Virus record (IMG/VR): IMGVR_UViG_3300022217_000228
Location: 9,347-73,346 of that record
Source: a virus
Taxonomy: Duplodnaviria; Caudoviricetes
Strand: one strand, 5' to 3'
Length of the DNA: 64,000 nucleotides
The notes below the pieces were generated by a model. The model was not told the origin of the DNA. It searched no databases and saw nothing but the letters and a program-made list of their open reading frames with translations. A program made the translations under genes and the position numbers. The first letter of the stretch is position 1; each line of letters opens with the position of its first letter. Shown here one piece after another: positions 55,939-64,000 of the stretch.

Positions 55939-56166
55939 TTAACCGTAGCCGGAGCCGGAGCCGTAGCCGGAGCCGGAGCCGGAGCCGTCGCCGTCGCCGT
56001 AGCCGTAGCCGTCGCCGTCGCCGGAGCCGTAGCCGTAGCCGTAGCCGTAGCCGTCGCCGTCGCCGGAGCCGTCGCCGTAGCCGTCGCCGTAGCCGGAGCC
56101 GTCGCCGGAGCCGTAGCCGGAGCCGTCGCCGGAGCCGTAGCCGTATTTAATATTAATTTTGTTCAT
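55939..56166 (-). CDS. Gly/Ser/Tyr/Asp low-complexity protein (GYGSGDG repeats)
   Basis: Tandem CCGTAG/CCGGAG/CCGTCG hexamers at about 55943-56143. Confidence 0.7.
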   Translation of the reverse strand: MNKINIKYGYGSGDGSGYGSGDGSGYGDGYGDGSGDGDGYGYGYGYGSGDGDGYGYGDGDGSGSGSGYGSGSGYG

Positions 56167-56557
56167 TTGGTTTCAACTCCATAATAGTTTTAAACGCTTC
56201 ATCAGTACAAATTGTCATTGAATAATCCTCAATTATCACTTTGTCGTCGACTGTTCCTGATACTCTAGAATCTGATGATATACCAGATACTGCAACCCCT
56301 TCATACCATGACAATGAGTTATCTTTTGGTTTGTGATACCATATGCGCCGACAGTTTGATAATTCTACACCGGTATTATCGGCGATAACGACAATTCCGG
56401 CGTTAATACCTTCATTGCGACTTCTAACAATAACCTTTTTGCCGATCATACGAGTTGCTACAGATTCCTCACCGGTGAAATTAACTACTTCTTTTTTCAC
56501 AGAATCCTCACGAACGTATTTAACATCATTTACCATAAGTGTTGTTGGTTCTGACAT
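56153..56557 (-). CDS. Phage protein of the type that typically precedes Gly-rich repeat ORFs
   Basis: 'IGKKVIVRS...AG...ELSNCRRIWY...VAVSG'. Confidence 0.6.
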   Translation of the reverse strand: MSEPTTLMVNDVKYVREDSVKKEVVNFTGEESVATRMIGKKVIVRSRNEGINAGIVVIADNTGVELSNCRRIWYHKPKDNSLSWYEGVAVSGISSDSRVSGTVDDKVIIEDYSMTICTDEAFKTIMELKPNEQN

Positions 56558-56642
56558 TATAGATCCTTTCTGTTAGATATAGATTATTTATTTTCAAATT
56601 TCGCTTGCATAATTTTGTATCTATGATATTTTTTTAAAATTT

Positions 56643-57188
56643 TCATCTGAAGCTTTTCCAATTCATTTCAATTATTCCACCTGTTTCTGCTATGCGATCG
56701 CTAATTGATGGACCAATGGATTTTTCAAAACCTTCTGGTTTGTCGTTTGAAATTATTAGTGTTGGCCTTACTGCATCATACCGGCAATCTATTATGTGAT
56801 CGATAGTGCGGTTTTCGAATTGTGATTCTGAGCGAACTTCGTAAGCATCTATAACGAGGAAATACTTTTTAATAAACTCTTTGACCGCATTCTGCTCTGA
56901 ATCTCCTGGCATTTTCATTGCTTCCCGGATTCTTAAAAAAACATCGAAAGCCTTACGATACATCACAGAGCGATCTAAATTTAATGCTACATGTCCTATA
57001 AGTGATGCTCCGATTTGTGTTTTACCGCTTCCACGTGTTCCAAGAATGGCAAATATTGATCCATTTTCAATTAATCCTTTTATCTTTTCATACACTTTTG
57101 ACCATTCAGTATGCTTGTTATCATTAACAGGTTTGAAGTTTTTATGCCGTATCGGCAATCCACTATTTTCGTAATCTTCTCTACTCAT
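56643..57188 (-). CDS. DnaC/IstB-like AAA+ helicase loader
   Basis: Walker A GTRGSGKT; 'FLVID'; 'IDCRYDAVRPTLIISN'; 'ISDRI'. Confidence 0.85.
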   Translation of the reverse strand: MSREDYENSGLPIRHKNFKPVNDNKHTEWSKVYEKIKGLIENGSIFAILGTRGSGKTQIGASLIGHVALNLDRSVMYRKAFDVFLRIREAMKMPGDSEQNAVKEFIKKYFLVIDAYEVRSESQFENRTIDHIIDCRYDAVRPTLIISNDKPEGFEKSIGPSISDRIAETGGIIEMNWKSFR

Positions 57189-57928
57189 TATTCATCAACT
57201 TTTATTATTGGAATTTTTCGAGTCTCTTTGTATTCATTTTGTGATTTTTGGTTGCGATAATCTGATTGTTTATTATCTTTATTATCTTCTTTAAACCACA
57301 CATGCTGCAATTTTTGTTTCCAGTTTTTAATTGGCTTACCTTTGGAATCGTGCCAATCCGCTTCTTTGTATCCGGTATAGGTTCTCTGTGCTATATTTTT
57401 ATGGTTATTTTCTTCACAGTATTTTTCAAATACTTCAAATGATGGAGGAATAAATTCTGTTTTTCCTTTTCTCCCCACACCCTTCTTTTTCTTTTCTTCT
57501 TCGTTCTTTGTATCTTGTATCTTATTGACCTCAACTTGAGGTCTAATTGAGGTCAAAGAGACCTCAAAACCATAACATGTTGATTCGTCGTAAGGTATGT
57601 TTTTTCTAAACGTACCCCATACTGATTTATGAAAGCGATTATTCAAGTTAAGTTTACCACAATATTGAAAGGAAATAAACCCTGTAAGAAACCATCTTCC
57701 ATTATCGAGAGTTTTAATTCTTTCTTTACCGGTATTTATTTTTTTTAAGAATTCCATTCGATGAATTCTTCTTCCAGTAGAGTTTTCAAACATCTTAAAA
57801 TTAGGTCTCCAAAATCCTGCATGATCACATCTGTCTTTTATATAAAACCAGAATAACATTTCAGAGTCTGATAGTTCTAAAAACCAATCCTCTAGCCAAA
57901 TTTCAGTATCGTGATCACGTTTTGACAT
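57188..57928 (-). CDS. Phage replication initiator
   Basis: N-terminal 'DTEIWLEDWF...LFWFYIKDRCDHAG', flexible linker, C-terminal 'YKEADWHDSKGKPIKNWK'; upstream of loader. Confidence 0.8.
   Translation of the reverse strand: MSKRDHDTEIWLEDWFLELSDSEMLFWFYIKDRCDHAGFWRPNFKMFENSTGRRIHRMEFLKKINTGKERIKTLDNGRWFLTGFISFQYCGKLNLNNRFHKSVWGTFRKNIPYDESTCYGFEVSLTSIRPQVEVNKIQDTKNEEEKKKKGVGRKGKTEFIPPSFEVFEKYCEENNHKNIAQRTYTGYKEADWHDSKGKPIKNWKQKLQHVWFKEDNKDNKQSDYRNQKSQNEYKETRKIPIIKVDE
57481..57567. other. Probable iteron-type replication origin inside the initiator gene
   Basis: Four GACCTCAA/TTGAGGTC 8-mers (57527, 57536, 57547, 57560) next to a pyrimidine-rich tract. Confidence 0.6.
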
Positions 57929-58069
57929 TAATGGCCATTAAAAAGCCCTGCTCTGGCTAGAATCGGGAAAAAACAACCAAGACTTACGACCGGAATTGTT
58001 CCAGTACAGGGCAATTATTTTCTATTTTTTATGGAAATTTCCCGTTTCATACTACTAACAATATACCGT

Positions 58070-58318
58070 TCAATCACTGTTGTTGCAAGTGTTTTCTTCT
58101 TTATCTACCGCTAAAGTTGGCCACTGTGTTTCTTTGAATTTGCCGTTATTGGGTTTATCGTTGGTTTCGATTTTCACGACAACGAATTCCTGATCCGGGC
58201 ATCCATCGACGGCATTACAGAAATATCTGTCGAATGGTTTGAAGTATTCTCTGTTTAAGCATGCGGCGAGGGTGCCTTTAGTGAGTGTGCAGATGTTTGC
58301 TGATATAGTGTCTTTCAT
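58070..58318 (-). CDS. Hypothetical protein
   Basis: GGAG RBS; 82 aa. Confidence 0.5.
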   Translation of the reverse strand: MKDTISANICTLTKGTLAACLNREYFKPFDRYFCNAVDGCPDQEFVVVKIETNDKPNNGKFKETQWPTLAVDKEENTCNNSD

Positions 58319-58326
58319 GGTTGCTC

Positions 58327-58539
58327 CTACACGAATTCTGGTGAAAGTTTTCCGAATAAAAAACTTGATTTAGATTTTGATAAACAGTTAATGCAATCGA
58401 CATCAGGCTCGACTATCATTCCAGCTCGATCGAGATTGAGGCATAGGGATGATGGCGGGATGGCTTCGTTTTTTTTATCCTGGAATGTGGTGCCGTCATG
58501 AAGCCATTGGCATATTCTGCGACGTGGTTTTCTTTTCAT
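58327..58539 (-). CDS. Hypothetical Cys-containing protein
   Basis: AAGGA RBS; 70 aa. Confidence 0.5.
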   Translation of the reverse strand: MKRKPRRRICQWLHDGTTFQDKKNEAIPPSSLCLNLDRAGMIVEPDVDCINCLSKSKSSFLFGKLSPEFV

Positions 58540-58826
58540 AATGTGTCCTTTAAGGTGTGAGTGGCATTACTGAGAATCCCAGTAGGTATCCCAAGTATAA
58601 CAATACGACAACAACAGACAGCAGGATAGCGCATAGAAATAAAAAATTGTATTTCATTTTCTCCTCTGTGCTGGATACAAGTGTTTGGTTTTAAGTATTA
58701 TCATCGACGTCTTATTATTTAATAGCCGAAGCAGCTTTATACATACACCAATTACCATTACTGTTTCGAAGATTAGGAGAAGCGCTGTTATTATAACAGC
58801 TATTTGGATTGATTGTGTATCCATAG

Positions 58827-59120
58827 TCACACTACTTCTTTAATTTCGATGGGATCCTCAGTGGTAGTGCTATGGATTTTATGCTCCAATGTGGGATAGT
58901 CATAATCTCGTGTACTGATCGAGATGTTTGCATTGCCATCAATCACAGGGATTGAGGTGGCTATTCTTTTTGTTATTAACTCCACAACATCTTTGTTTGT
59001 CTCATTCACGTTTGGAACTTTGCCGGACGCTCTTAATATTATATACACGGTTTCGCAGTGGCGCTTAATGAATGTGTCGACAGCTTCTTTCGGGAAAATC
59101 CCAGCTGATGTGATAATCAT
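58827..59120 (-). CDS. Hypothetical protein
   Basis: GGAGG RBS; ATGA overlap. Confidence 0.5.
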   Translation of the reverse strand: MIITSAGIFPKEAVDTFIKRHCETVYIILRASGKVPNVNETNKDVVELITKRIATSIPVIDGNANISISTRDYDYPTLEHKIHSTTTEDPIEIKEVV

Positions 59121-59326
59121 TGTGCCCTCCTTTTGAGTGTTATTTTTTCCATTCGGATCATCGTTGTGCTGTTATTGCTCTTATTATACCACAGGAAGCC
59201 TCCTACAGCGCTTGTATGCCACGATCGCTTCCTACCTGGCATAGAGATACCCTGGAAGCTACCCTCTCTCTCAGCGGCCTTAACGAGCGTATAAATGAGA
59301 TTTAGATTATACGGTGGTTTTTTCAT
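59117..59326 (-). CDS. Hypothetical protein
   Basis: 69 aa in packed operon. Confidence 0.45.
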   Translation of the reverse strand: MKKPPYNLNLIYTLVKAAEREGSFQGISMPGRKRSWHTSAVGGFLWYNKSNNSTTMIRMEKITLKRRAQ

Positions 59327-59477
59327 ATGGATGCCCTATAGCCTTTTCGAGTGTTTCGATTCTTTGTATGAGATTGCACACTGATCCTATAAGAACTTCG
59401 ATGTTTTTTTCCATCGCTTTTATTTTTGTGGTTAGCAGTGTGATGCTATCTTGTTCGGTGTCTCTATCTCTGTTCAT
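59307..59477 (-). CDS. 56-aa coiled-coil protein
   Basis: GGAGG RBS before MNRDRD. Confidence 0.5.
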   Translation of the reverse strand: MNRDRDTEQDSITLLTTKIKAMEKNIEVLIGSVCNLIQRIETLEKAIGHPYEKTTV

Positions 59478-59803
59478 AGTGTCCTCCAGTGTAACCGGTG
59501 CCCCGCCAAGGAGGGCCGGGGCTTTACGGTGACCATCCGGACCGGTTAGTATAATGGCAAGAGGGCAATGGTTGCCAATATTACAGTACACCAACATTGT
59601 GGTAGATTACTGCAGCCCTCTTTCCGGTTGATTATCGTGTATTAACTATATTTGAGCCCTATTAAAACCTAACCGATTAAGCTCGTATATTATTCTATGA
59701 GTCATGTCGCTCTGTTCCTTTTTGTAATATTTTTTCCCTAAAAGGCATTTTTTAAGCCCTTGCTCAAATATCTTCCGAATACATGGACGCATTTTCTCTA
59801 TGT

Positions 59804-60022
59804 TCACGTCAACGTCGCCTTTAGCGTTTGCCGACCATCCTCCATGTCCCATTTTTCGAAAATTATCTGTACATGCCGCTCGAACCTGTCGGGCGGATTC
59901 TGGAATCCTCCCACGATCCGCGACAACCGCACACCGTCAATACCTAATTCAACCGCAAGATCAACCATACGGCGATCTCTCTCGATGCAACCAATTTTGA
60001 TCCACATCATTCGCTCCGGCAT
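59804..60022 (-). CDS. Cro-like HTH protein
   Basis: 'MVDLAVELGIDGVRLSRIVGG...P'; first gene after a promoter. Confidence 0.7.
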   Translation of the reverse strand: MPERMMWIKIGCIERDRRMVDLAVELGIDGVRLSRIVGGFQNPPDRFERHVQIIFEKWDMEDGRQTLKATLT

Positions 60023-60130
60023 AGTACCTCCTAAAAAAGCATTTTTATTTCACATATCTTACATCACTATGAAAAGTATCTGTCTATAAGGGTCCAACGG
60101 ATCCTCCTTGTGTGGTTGTGGTCACTTAAT

Positions 60131-60159
60131 AGTATACCACAATAACCAGGGAATATCAA
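60131..60159 (-). promoter_or_regulatory. sigma70-like promoter TTGATA-N17-TATACT
   Basis: -35 at 60154-60159, -10 at 60131-60136. Confidence 0.7.
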
Positions 60160-60251
60160 TAGGTTTGTCAGACAAAGTGTATTCTAGTTTGAATACGGTT
60201 AATGAATTTTGTGGTTGTAATTGTCTGACGTTGGTGATATATTTTTATTAT

Positions 60252-60404
60252 ATGAAGAAGGGTGAAGTGAGGGTAGTGCGTGAGTATGGGTTACGGCGTG
60301 AGGTTCGTCGGACGATACGTCTTACTACGGATGAGGCTTCTAGGTGGGATAAGCTTGGAGTGAGGAAGGTTCGGCGGTTATTGTTTAAGCGCAGGATATC
60401 GTAA
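60252..60404 (+). CDS. 50-aa basic protein, divergent small regulator (RHH-like)
   Basis: 'RRTIRLTTDEASRWDKLG'; the only + strand gene in the right half, followed by a terminator. Confidence 0.45.
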   Translation: MKKGEVRVVREYGLRREVRRTIRLTTDEASRWDKLGVRKVRRLLFKRRIS

Positions 60405-60460
60405 TTTGTTATATTAGTGGTGCCCTTTGGGGTGTTAATGTGTGTATTGATGATGTGAGG

Positions 60461-60490
60461 ATGGGTGTGTTTTTGCACACCCATTTTTTA
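60461..60490 (+). terminator. Intrinsic terminator
   Basis: 9-bp stem ATGGGTGTG/CACACCCAT followed by a T-run. Confidence 0.7.
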
Positions 60491-61027
60491 TTATCCTTTG
60501 AACCAGGTGCCGTCCCATTTATAGAGATCGAACACGAGTTTATTGCTGGCGACTCCTATACAGTAGCAGTGTTTTGATAATCGGGTGTTCCTGAGGTATA
60601 CGGCGCCGGTGTTGATTTCACCGATTGCTGAGGCTTCTAAGACTATACAGGAGTTCCATCCTGGTGTTATACCGGATGTGTGGTATTCGATATTTGGAGG
60701 AGCTGTGGTTGGTCCGTTTTCTGGGATACCGATTTCGATTGGATACGGGATATTATATACACCGTGTGGTATCAGGGTTCCTTGTTTTCCGGTATCGATA
60801 TAGATGCTGCATTGTTGTGATGTGACGAATTTAACTACAACGCCGGCGTCTTCGTTGAATCCGATATCGCGGATGCTGTGTAGTACGGCAAATAGTTTAT
60901 CGGTTTCTGTTTGCAGTCTTTTGTGTTCGACTGTTTTTCGGTAGTTGGTGGTTGCCCAGCTTGCTATGATAGCGAGGATTAATACCGCTACCATCAGTTC
61001 CAGGAATGAAAAGCCCCGGTTATTCAT
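60491..61027 (-). CDS. Type IV pilin-like (FimT/GspH-type) prepilin
   Basis: Class III signal peptide MNNRG|FSFLELMVAVLILAIIASW (Gly -1, Phe +1, Glu +5); AAGGAGG RBS. Confidence 0.85.
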   Translation of the reverse strand: MNNRGFSFLELMVAVLILAIIASWATTNYRKTVEHKRLQTETDKLFAVLHSIRDIGFNEDAGVVVKFVTSQQCSIYIDTGKQGTLIPHGVYNIPYPIEIGIPENGPTTAPPNIEYHTSGITPGWNSCIVLEASAIGEINTGAVYLRNTRLSKHCYCIGVASNKLVFDLYKWDGTWFKG

Positions 61028-61055
61028 GAGTCCTCCTTGGTTGGTGTTTACATAG

Positions 61056-61084
61056 ATTGTACACTGATGTGGATTGGATTTCAA
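61056..61084 (-). promoter_or_regulatory. sigma70-like promoter TTGAAA-N17-TACAAT dedicated to the pilin gene
   Basis: -35 at 61079-61084, -10 at 61056-61061. Confidence 0.7.
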
Positions 61085-61088
61085 GCAT

Positions 61089-61114
61089 AAAAAAAGCCCG
61101 GTTGGATCCGGGCT
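61089..61114 (-). terminator. Intrinsic terminator upstream of the pilin promoter
   Basis: GCCCGG/CCGGGC stem followed by a T-run on the - strand. Confidence 0.7.
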
Positions 61115-61150
61115 GTTGTGGTAGTACTCCACAGGATGGCGATTAAATTA

Positions 61151-61378
61151 TCAAGAACTGAAAAACATTTTGTTACCACAATACGCTTTCCACACATAAT
61201 ATTTTTTGCTTTCATCTTTTTCATGCTTATCATATCTTACAATAGATTCGACAAAGCACACACAACTGTTTTTGCACTTTTCTTTTATTAATGGACAAAA
61301 TGTGGTTGAGGTGAAATCGCTGTCGAAATCGTTTAATTTCTTTTCAGCCTCTTCATATGTTTTAAATTTATTTTCCAT
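61151..61378 (-). CDS. Small Cys-rich phage protein
   Basis: 'FCPLIKEKCKNSCVCF'. Confidence 0.55.
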   Translation of the reverse strand: MENKFKTYEEAEKKLNDFDSDFTSTTFCPLIKEKCKNSCVCFVESIVRYDKHEKDESKKYYVWKAYCGNKMFFSS

Positions 61379-61529
61379 TTTTCTCCTCCATTCGTTTTTT
61401 AAATCGGTTTATTCGTCTTATTTCGACGAGTTTTTTGTAGTGTTCAGGTGAACGTTTTTTGCTCTCTCCTTTACCGGATTTACCGCCTTTTCGTCCGATG
61501 TCGGACAGGTATTTGGTGACTTTGTCCAT
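61368..61529 (-). CDS. 53-aa basic protein with KGG motif
   Basis: 'YLSDIGRKGGKSGKG'; AAGGAG RBS; read by hand. Confidence 0.5.
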   Translation of the reverse strand: MDKVTKYLSDIGRKGGKSGKGESKKRSPEHYKKLVEIRRINRFKKRMEEKNGK

Positions 61530-61538
61530 AGTTGCTCC

Positions 61539-61733
61539 TTAGTTAGTATGAGATTTCAGCCATTTGTCTCGACTTGACCGTGCATCATCTAATGATTTTG
61601 CAACGCACGAGAATAACTTGCCATCAATATGACGATAATCGTATTGTACAAAATCTCGTCCGTTAAAATTAAACTCTTCGTGGTTTTCCTGGCCTTTTGG
61701 GCACTGTGAACAGCCTTTTTTGTCAGATTTCAT
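61539..61733 (-). CDS. DUF3873-like small protein
   Basis: 'GQENHEEF...QYDYRHIDGKLFSCVAKSLDDAR...RDKWL'. Confidence 0.6.
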   Translation of the reverse strand: MKSDKKGCSQCPKGQENHEEFNFNGRDFVQYDYRHIDGKLFSCVAKSLDDARSSRDKWLKSHTN

Positions 61734-61825
61734 GGTTGTTCCTCGGTTGGTGGTTGGTTATTGATCTATCTCATCAGTGCCGGTTGATCGTGCCGACAGA
61801 CCGGGATTGCTCCCGGTTTCGAACA

Positions 61826-62053
61826 TTAGCTTGTAGGGGATTCAAGTTTGTTATTTTCAGGATTATATACCCTATGAGTATTTCCATGTGTTCTTTCACC
61901 AACCTTCCGTGGTGCTATCACATCGTACTTCCCATCCTCACGCTTAGTAACGCGGAAGCTTCTAAGAGTCTGCCCAAAAAACCTCATTGTTCTTCTGCAG
62001 AAAAAGTAAGGTGCTGTTTTTTCTGTTGCTGATTTGATTTGGTAGATATTCAT
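61826..62053 (-). CDS. Early-region hypothetical protein
   Basis: 'YFFCRRTMRFFG'; GGAGG leader. Confidence 0.6.
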   Translation of the reverse strand: MNIYQIKSATEKTAPYFFCRRTMRFFGQTLRSFRVTKREDGKYDVIAPRKVGERTHGNTHRVYNPENNKLESPTS

Positions 62054-62094
62054 AACTCCTCCTTTGAGTGGTTTGATTTTGTGATTAGATTCGG

Positions 62095-62431
62095 TTAGTC
62101 AAAATAGTTGTATTCGACCGATAATATTACTTGCCCTTGGTTGTAATCGACTTCAGCACCTTCTACTAGCCAATTTGGATTATAGATACAAATGTTTTTA
62201 GTGTTATCACTGTTCTTTTTCCGTGCCCTGAGATATTGCTGCATATCACTGACTAAGTGTCCGTCTTTGTGCATTCTTTTTTTGATAAGATCATATCCTT
62301 GTTTATTAAGGATGTTTTTTACATGATATAGAAGTGCAGATTCTCCGGCAGCATTTACGACACCATAGAAATTTTTATCACCTTTTTCTTTTGTGACGAT
62401 ACATGCATTACCTTTTAATTGTACCTTCATG
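62095..62431 (-). CDS. Early-region hypothetical protein
   Basis: Start MKVQLKG after GAGGAGG leader; 'YHVKNILNKQGYDLIKKRMHKDGHL'. Confidence 0.6.
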
Positions 62432-62499
62432 TGTCCTCCTCGGTTGGTGGTTGTGTTTCCTGGACTGGGCATTAGAAATTATAGCCCAAGTCCTCCCCG

Positions 62500-62907
62500 T
62501 CATATGTTGATTTTTTTTATAAGCTTAAAAACAGGGCGAGCTATTTTATAATGCACTCCTTGATTGGCCCCAGGAAGGTTATTACCCCAGTTCCAATATT
62601 CGGCATATTTTAATTTAAATGTAGGTTCTAAATCATCAGGTTTAACGCTTTCAAATGGACCACCTGAAATACTGACGCGTCCGTTTTCGCTGAGAAATGC
62701 GCTACCAAGGTGACAACAGATATGGAATTCACCTTCTTTCCATATCCCCATTCCTTCTATTCTCCCATATTTGCCCGAAGTGTGAGGATATTCTGTATCG
62801 GTGAATTCAATTATGTCGCCGGGCTTTGGTGTGGACATACGTGTATGTGCCTGTTGCTCTGGAGTAGTTTTTACTCCCCATTTTCCTATTGATTCAACTA
62901 TATTCAT
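62500..62907 (-). CDS. Early-region hypothetical protein
   Basis: GGAGG leader; 135 aa. Confidence 0.6.
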   Translation of the reverse strand: MNIVESIGKWGVKTTPEQQAHTRMSTPKPGDIIEFTDTEYPHTSGKYGRIEGMGIWKEGEFHICCHLGSAFLSENGRVSISGGPFESVKPDDLEPTFKLKYAEYWNWGNNLPGANQGVHYKIARPVFKLIKKINI

Positions 62908-62934
62908 AACTCCTCCTTTGAGTGGTTAATGTGT

Positions 62935-63570
62935 TTAGTATTTAATTTCTTTGTTCCATTGCTGTATTGCCCGTGTTACTGCTCTCTCACTGAAACCGAG
63001 AGATAATAACTCGTCTTTTAATGCAGCAATTTCGTCTTGTGCTGTTGATAATAACTCTTCTTCTCCGGAATCGCTCTCTATTCCCCATAAACCACCAGAG
63101 TGGATTCTTTGAATTGTACCGTTTTCGGTAACGATTTCGGCAGTTGCAATTATTCCAATGAAACACCAGTGATCATTATTATGTGCTTCCATGCGCTCAA
63201 AATCCTGCATGGCATATTTTTTATATTCTGGTGTTCCCGGTTTTTCTCCACCAGCATAAGGTTTGAAATATCTGTAATGGCTTCCATTAAATGATGGGTG
63301 TTCCATATCGCCTGAATCTATTATTTTCTTTCTTCGTATTCTGTATCTCTGTATCATATCAGGATCGGCATTGTTATCACGAAAATCTGATATCCAATCG
63401 TTGAGCGTGTCGACCAATTCTTGTCGTTGCTCAATTTTACGTACATATTCTCCAGTTTGCACGACAACATTCCAAGTATCAGAACTCTCCGTGTACTCTC
63501 CTAAGAAAGAGAAGTCCGGGCATTCGTCGACTTCGGACTGGACTGTGATTGATTTGATTTTGTTTTTCAT
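62935..63570 (-). CDS. Early-region hypothetical protein
   Basis: 'W(C)FIGIIA...SGGLWGIESDS'. Confidence 0.6.
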   Translation of the reverse strand: MKNKIKSITVQSEVDECPDFSFLGEYTESSDTWNVVVQTGEYVRKIEQRQELVDTLNDWISDFRDNNADPDMIQRYRIRRKKIIDSGDMEHPSFNGSHYRYFKPYAGGEKPGTPEYKKYAMQDFERMEAHNNDHWCFIGIIATAEIVTENGTIQRIHSGGLWGIESDSGEEELLSTAQDEIAALKDELLSLGFSERAVTRAIQQWNKEIKY

Positions 63571-63635
63571 GCTGTTCTCCTTGCCGACTTTTACGACCTG
63601 GCCCCGGTCTTTTGTGGTTGGTTTGATTTTGTGAT

Positions 63636-63953
63636 TTATTTAACCCTTACGGAAACATAATATTGATTTGGTTCGCAACTTTGATCAGAACAATCGCTGC
63701 ATGATTCGCAGTGATCACACCCATCCGCTTCATTTTCTTTGCTCATATCATTTTTGATATTTTCAACATTCCAATCAGTAATAGCCAATTGCTCAAGAGC
63801 ATCATCTAAAGCCTCATTAGCTGATGTTCCCATGCCTGTTGCCACATCATCATAATCGGTACACGCTATGCCACATCCCTGAAAATATTGTGGGTTGTCT
63901 ACTCCGTGATCGACTATTTCATAGTCGCTGATTATTTTGTTTGTTGAATCCAT
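63636..63953 (-). CDS. Early-region acidic hypothetical protein
   Basis: 'DHGVDNPQYFQGCG...GMG...EALDDALEQL'. Confidence 0.6.
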   Translation of the reverse strand: MDSTNKIISDYEIVDHGVDNPQYFQGCGIACTDYDDVATGMGTSANEALDDALEQLAITDWNVENIKNDMSKENEADGCDHCESCSDCSDQSCEPNQYYVSVRVK

Positions 63954-64000
63954 GTGATCCTCCTTGGTGGTTGGTTTGATTTGCTTACAAAATAATCAGC

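Larger units (their letters stand above)
1..64000. mobile_element. Tailed dsDNA phage/prophage genome segment (podovirus-like virion module)
   Basis: TerL, portal-, scaffold- and capsid-like genes, tail fibre, large ejection-type proteins, phage replication initiator plus DnaC-like loader, dense small ORFs, no host core genes. No integrase or att ends seen, so prophage versus free phage is unresolved. Confidence 0.93.

Noticed and set aside
55943-56143. CRISPR-like or DGR variable repeat
   Set aside because: It is an in-frame hexamer microsatellite coding Gly-rich peptide; no spacers, no reverse transcriptase and no TR/VR pair were seen.
46561-63605. Shared GGT(C)GTAA/GAAA-GTC stem-loop motif near 46570, 57985, 59520 and 63590 as nut/boxB-like or riboswitch elements
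   Set aside because: The stems are inconsistent by eye and the similarity is too short to support without a covariance analysis.
1-64000. Stop-codon recoding, tRNA genes, and the many short antisense ORFs in the ORF track
   Set aside because: Standard code gives dense, long ORFs; no cloverleaf was recognised; antisense ORFs lie wholly inside better-supported genes.

Overview
The whole 64 kb reads as one tailed dsDNA phage or prophage segment. No host housekeeping genes, rRNA, tRNA, CRISPR or integrase were seen, and the host cannot be assigned from sequence alone. Layout: (1) 1-12.5 kb (+): glycan-modification cluster (DegT aminotransferase, glycosyltransferases, methyltransferases, radical SAM/SPASM, kinase-like, GNAT) with the terminase large subunit embedded in it. 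(2) 13-38.9 kb (-): podovirus-like virion module (portal, scaffold, capsid, adaptor/nozzle, PKD protein, tail fibre, ejection proteins). (3) 39-45.5 kb (-): a second glycan cluster (two LicD-like genes, GT4s, methyltransferase, kinase-like) holding paralogs of the first. (4) 45.5-47.6 kb: recombination genes. (5) 47.6-55.6 kb (-): the main finding, an integron-like array of about 19 small gene cassettes. They are delimited by 18 clear attC-like hairpins plus one degenerate site, headed by an attI-like site and a near-consensus sigma70 promoter. Each cassette's two ends are complementary, as expected for integrase-mediated insertion, and most ORFs translate through the attC hairpins. A solo cassette of the same type sits at the -10 box of a promoter in the second glycan cluster. 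(6) 56-64 kb: replication initiator, loader and probable origin, small regulators, a type IV pilin-like moron with its own promoter, and early genes with repeated leaders. Motif matches, alignments and counts were done by eye; functional calls are family-level inferences, not database hits.
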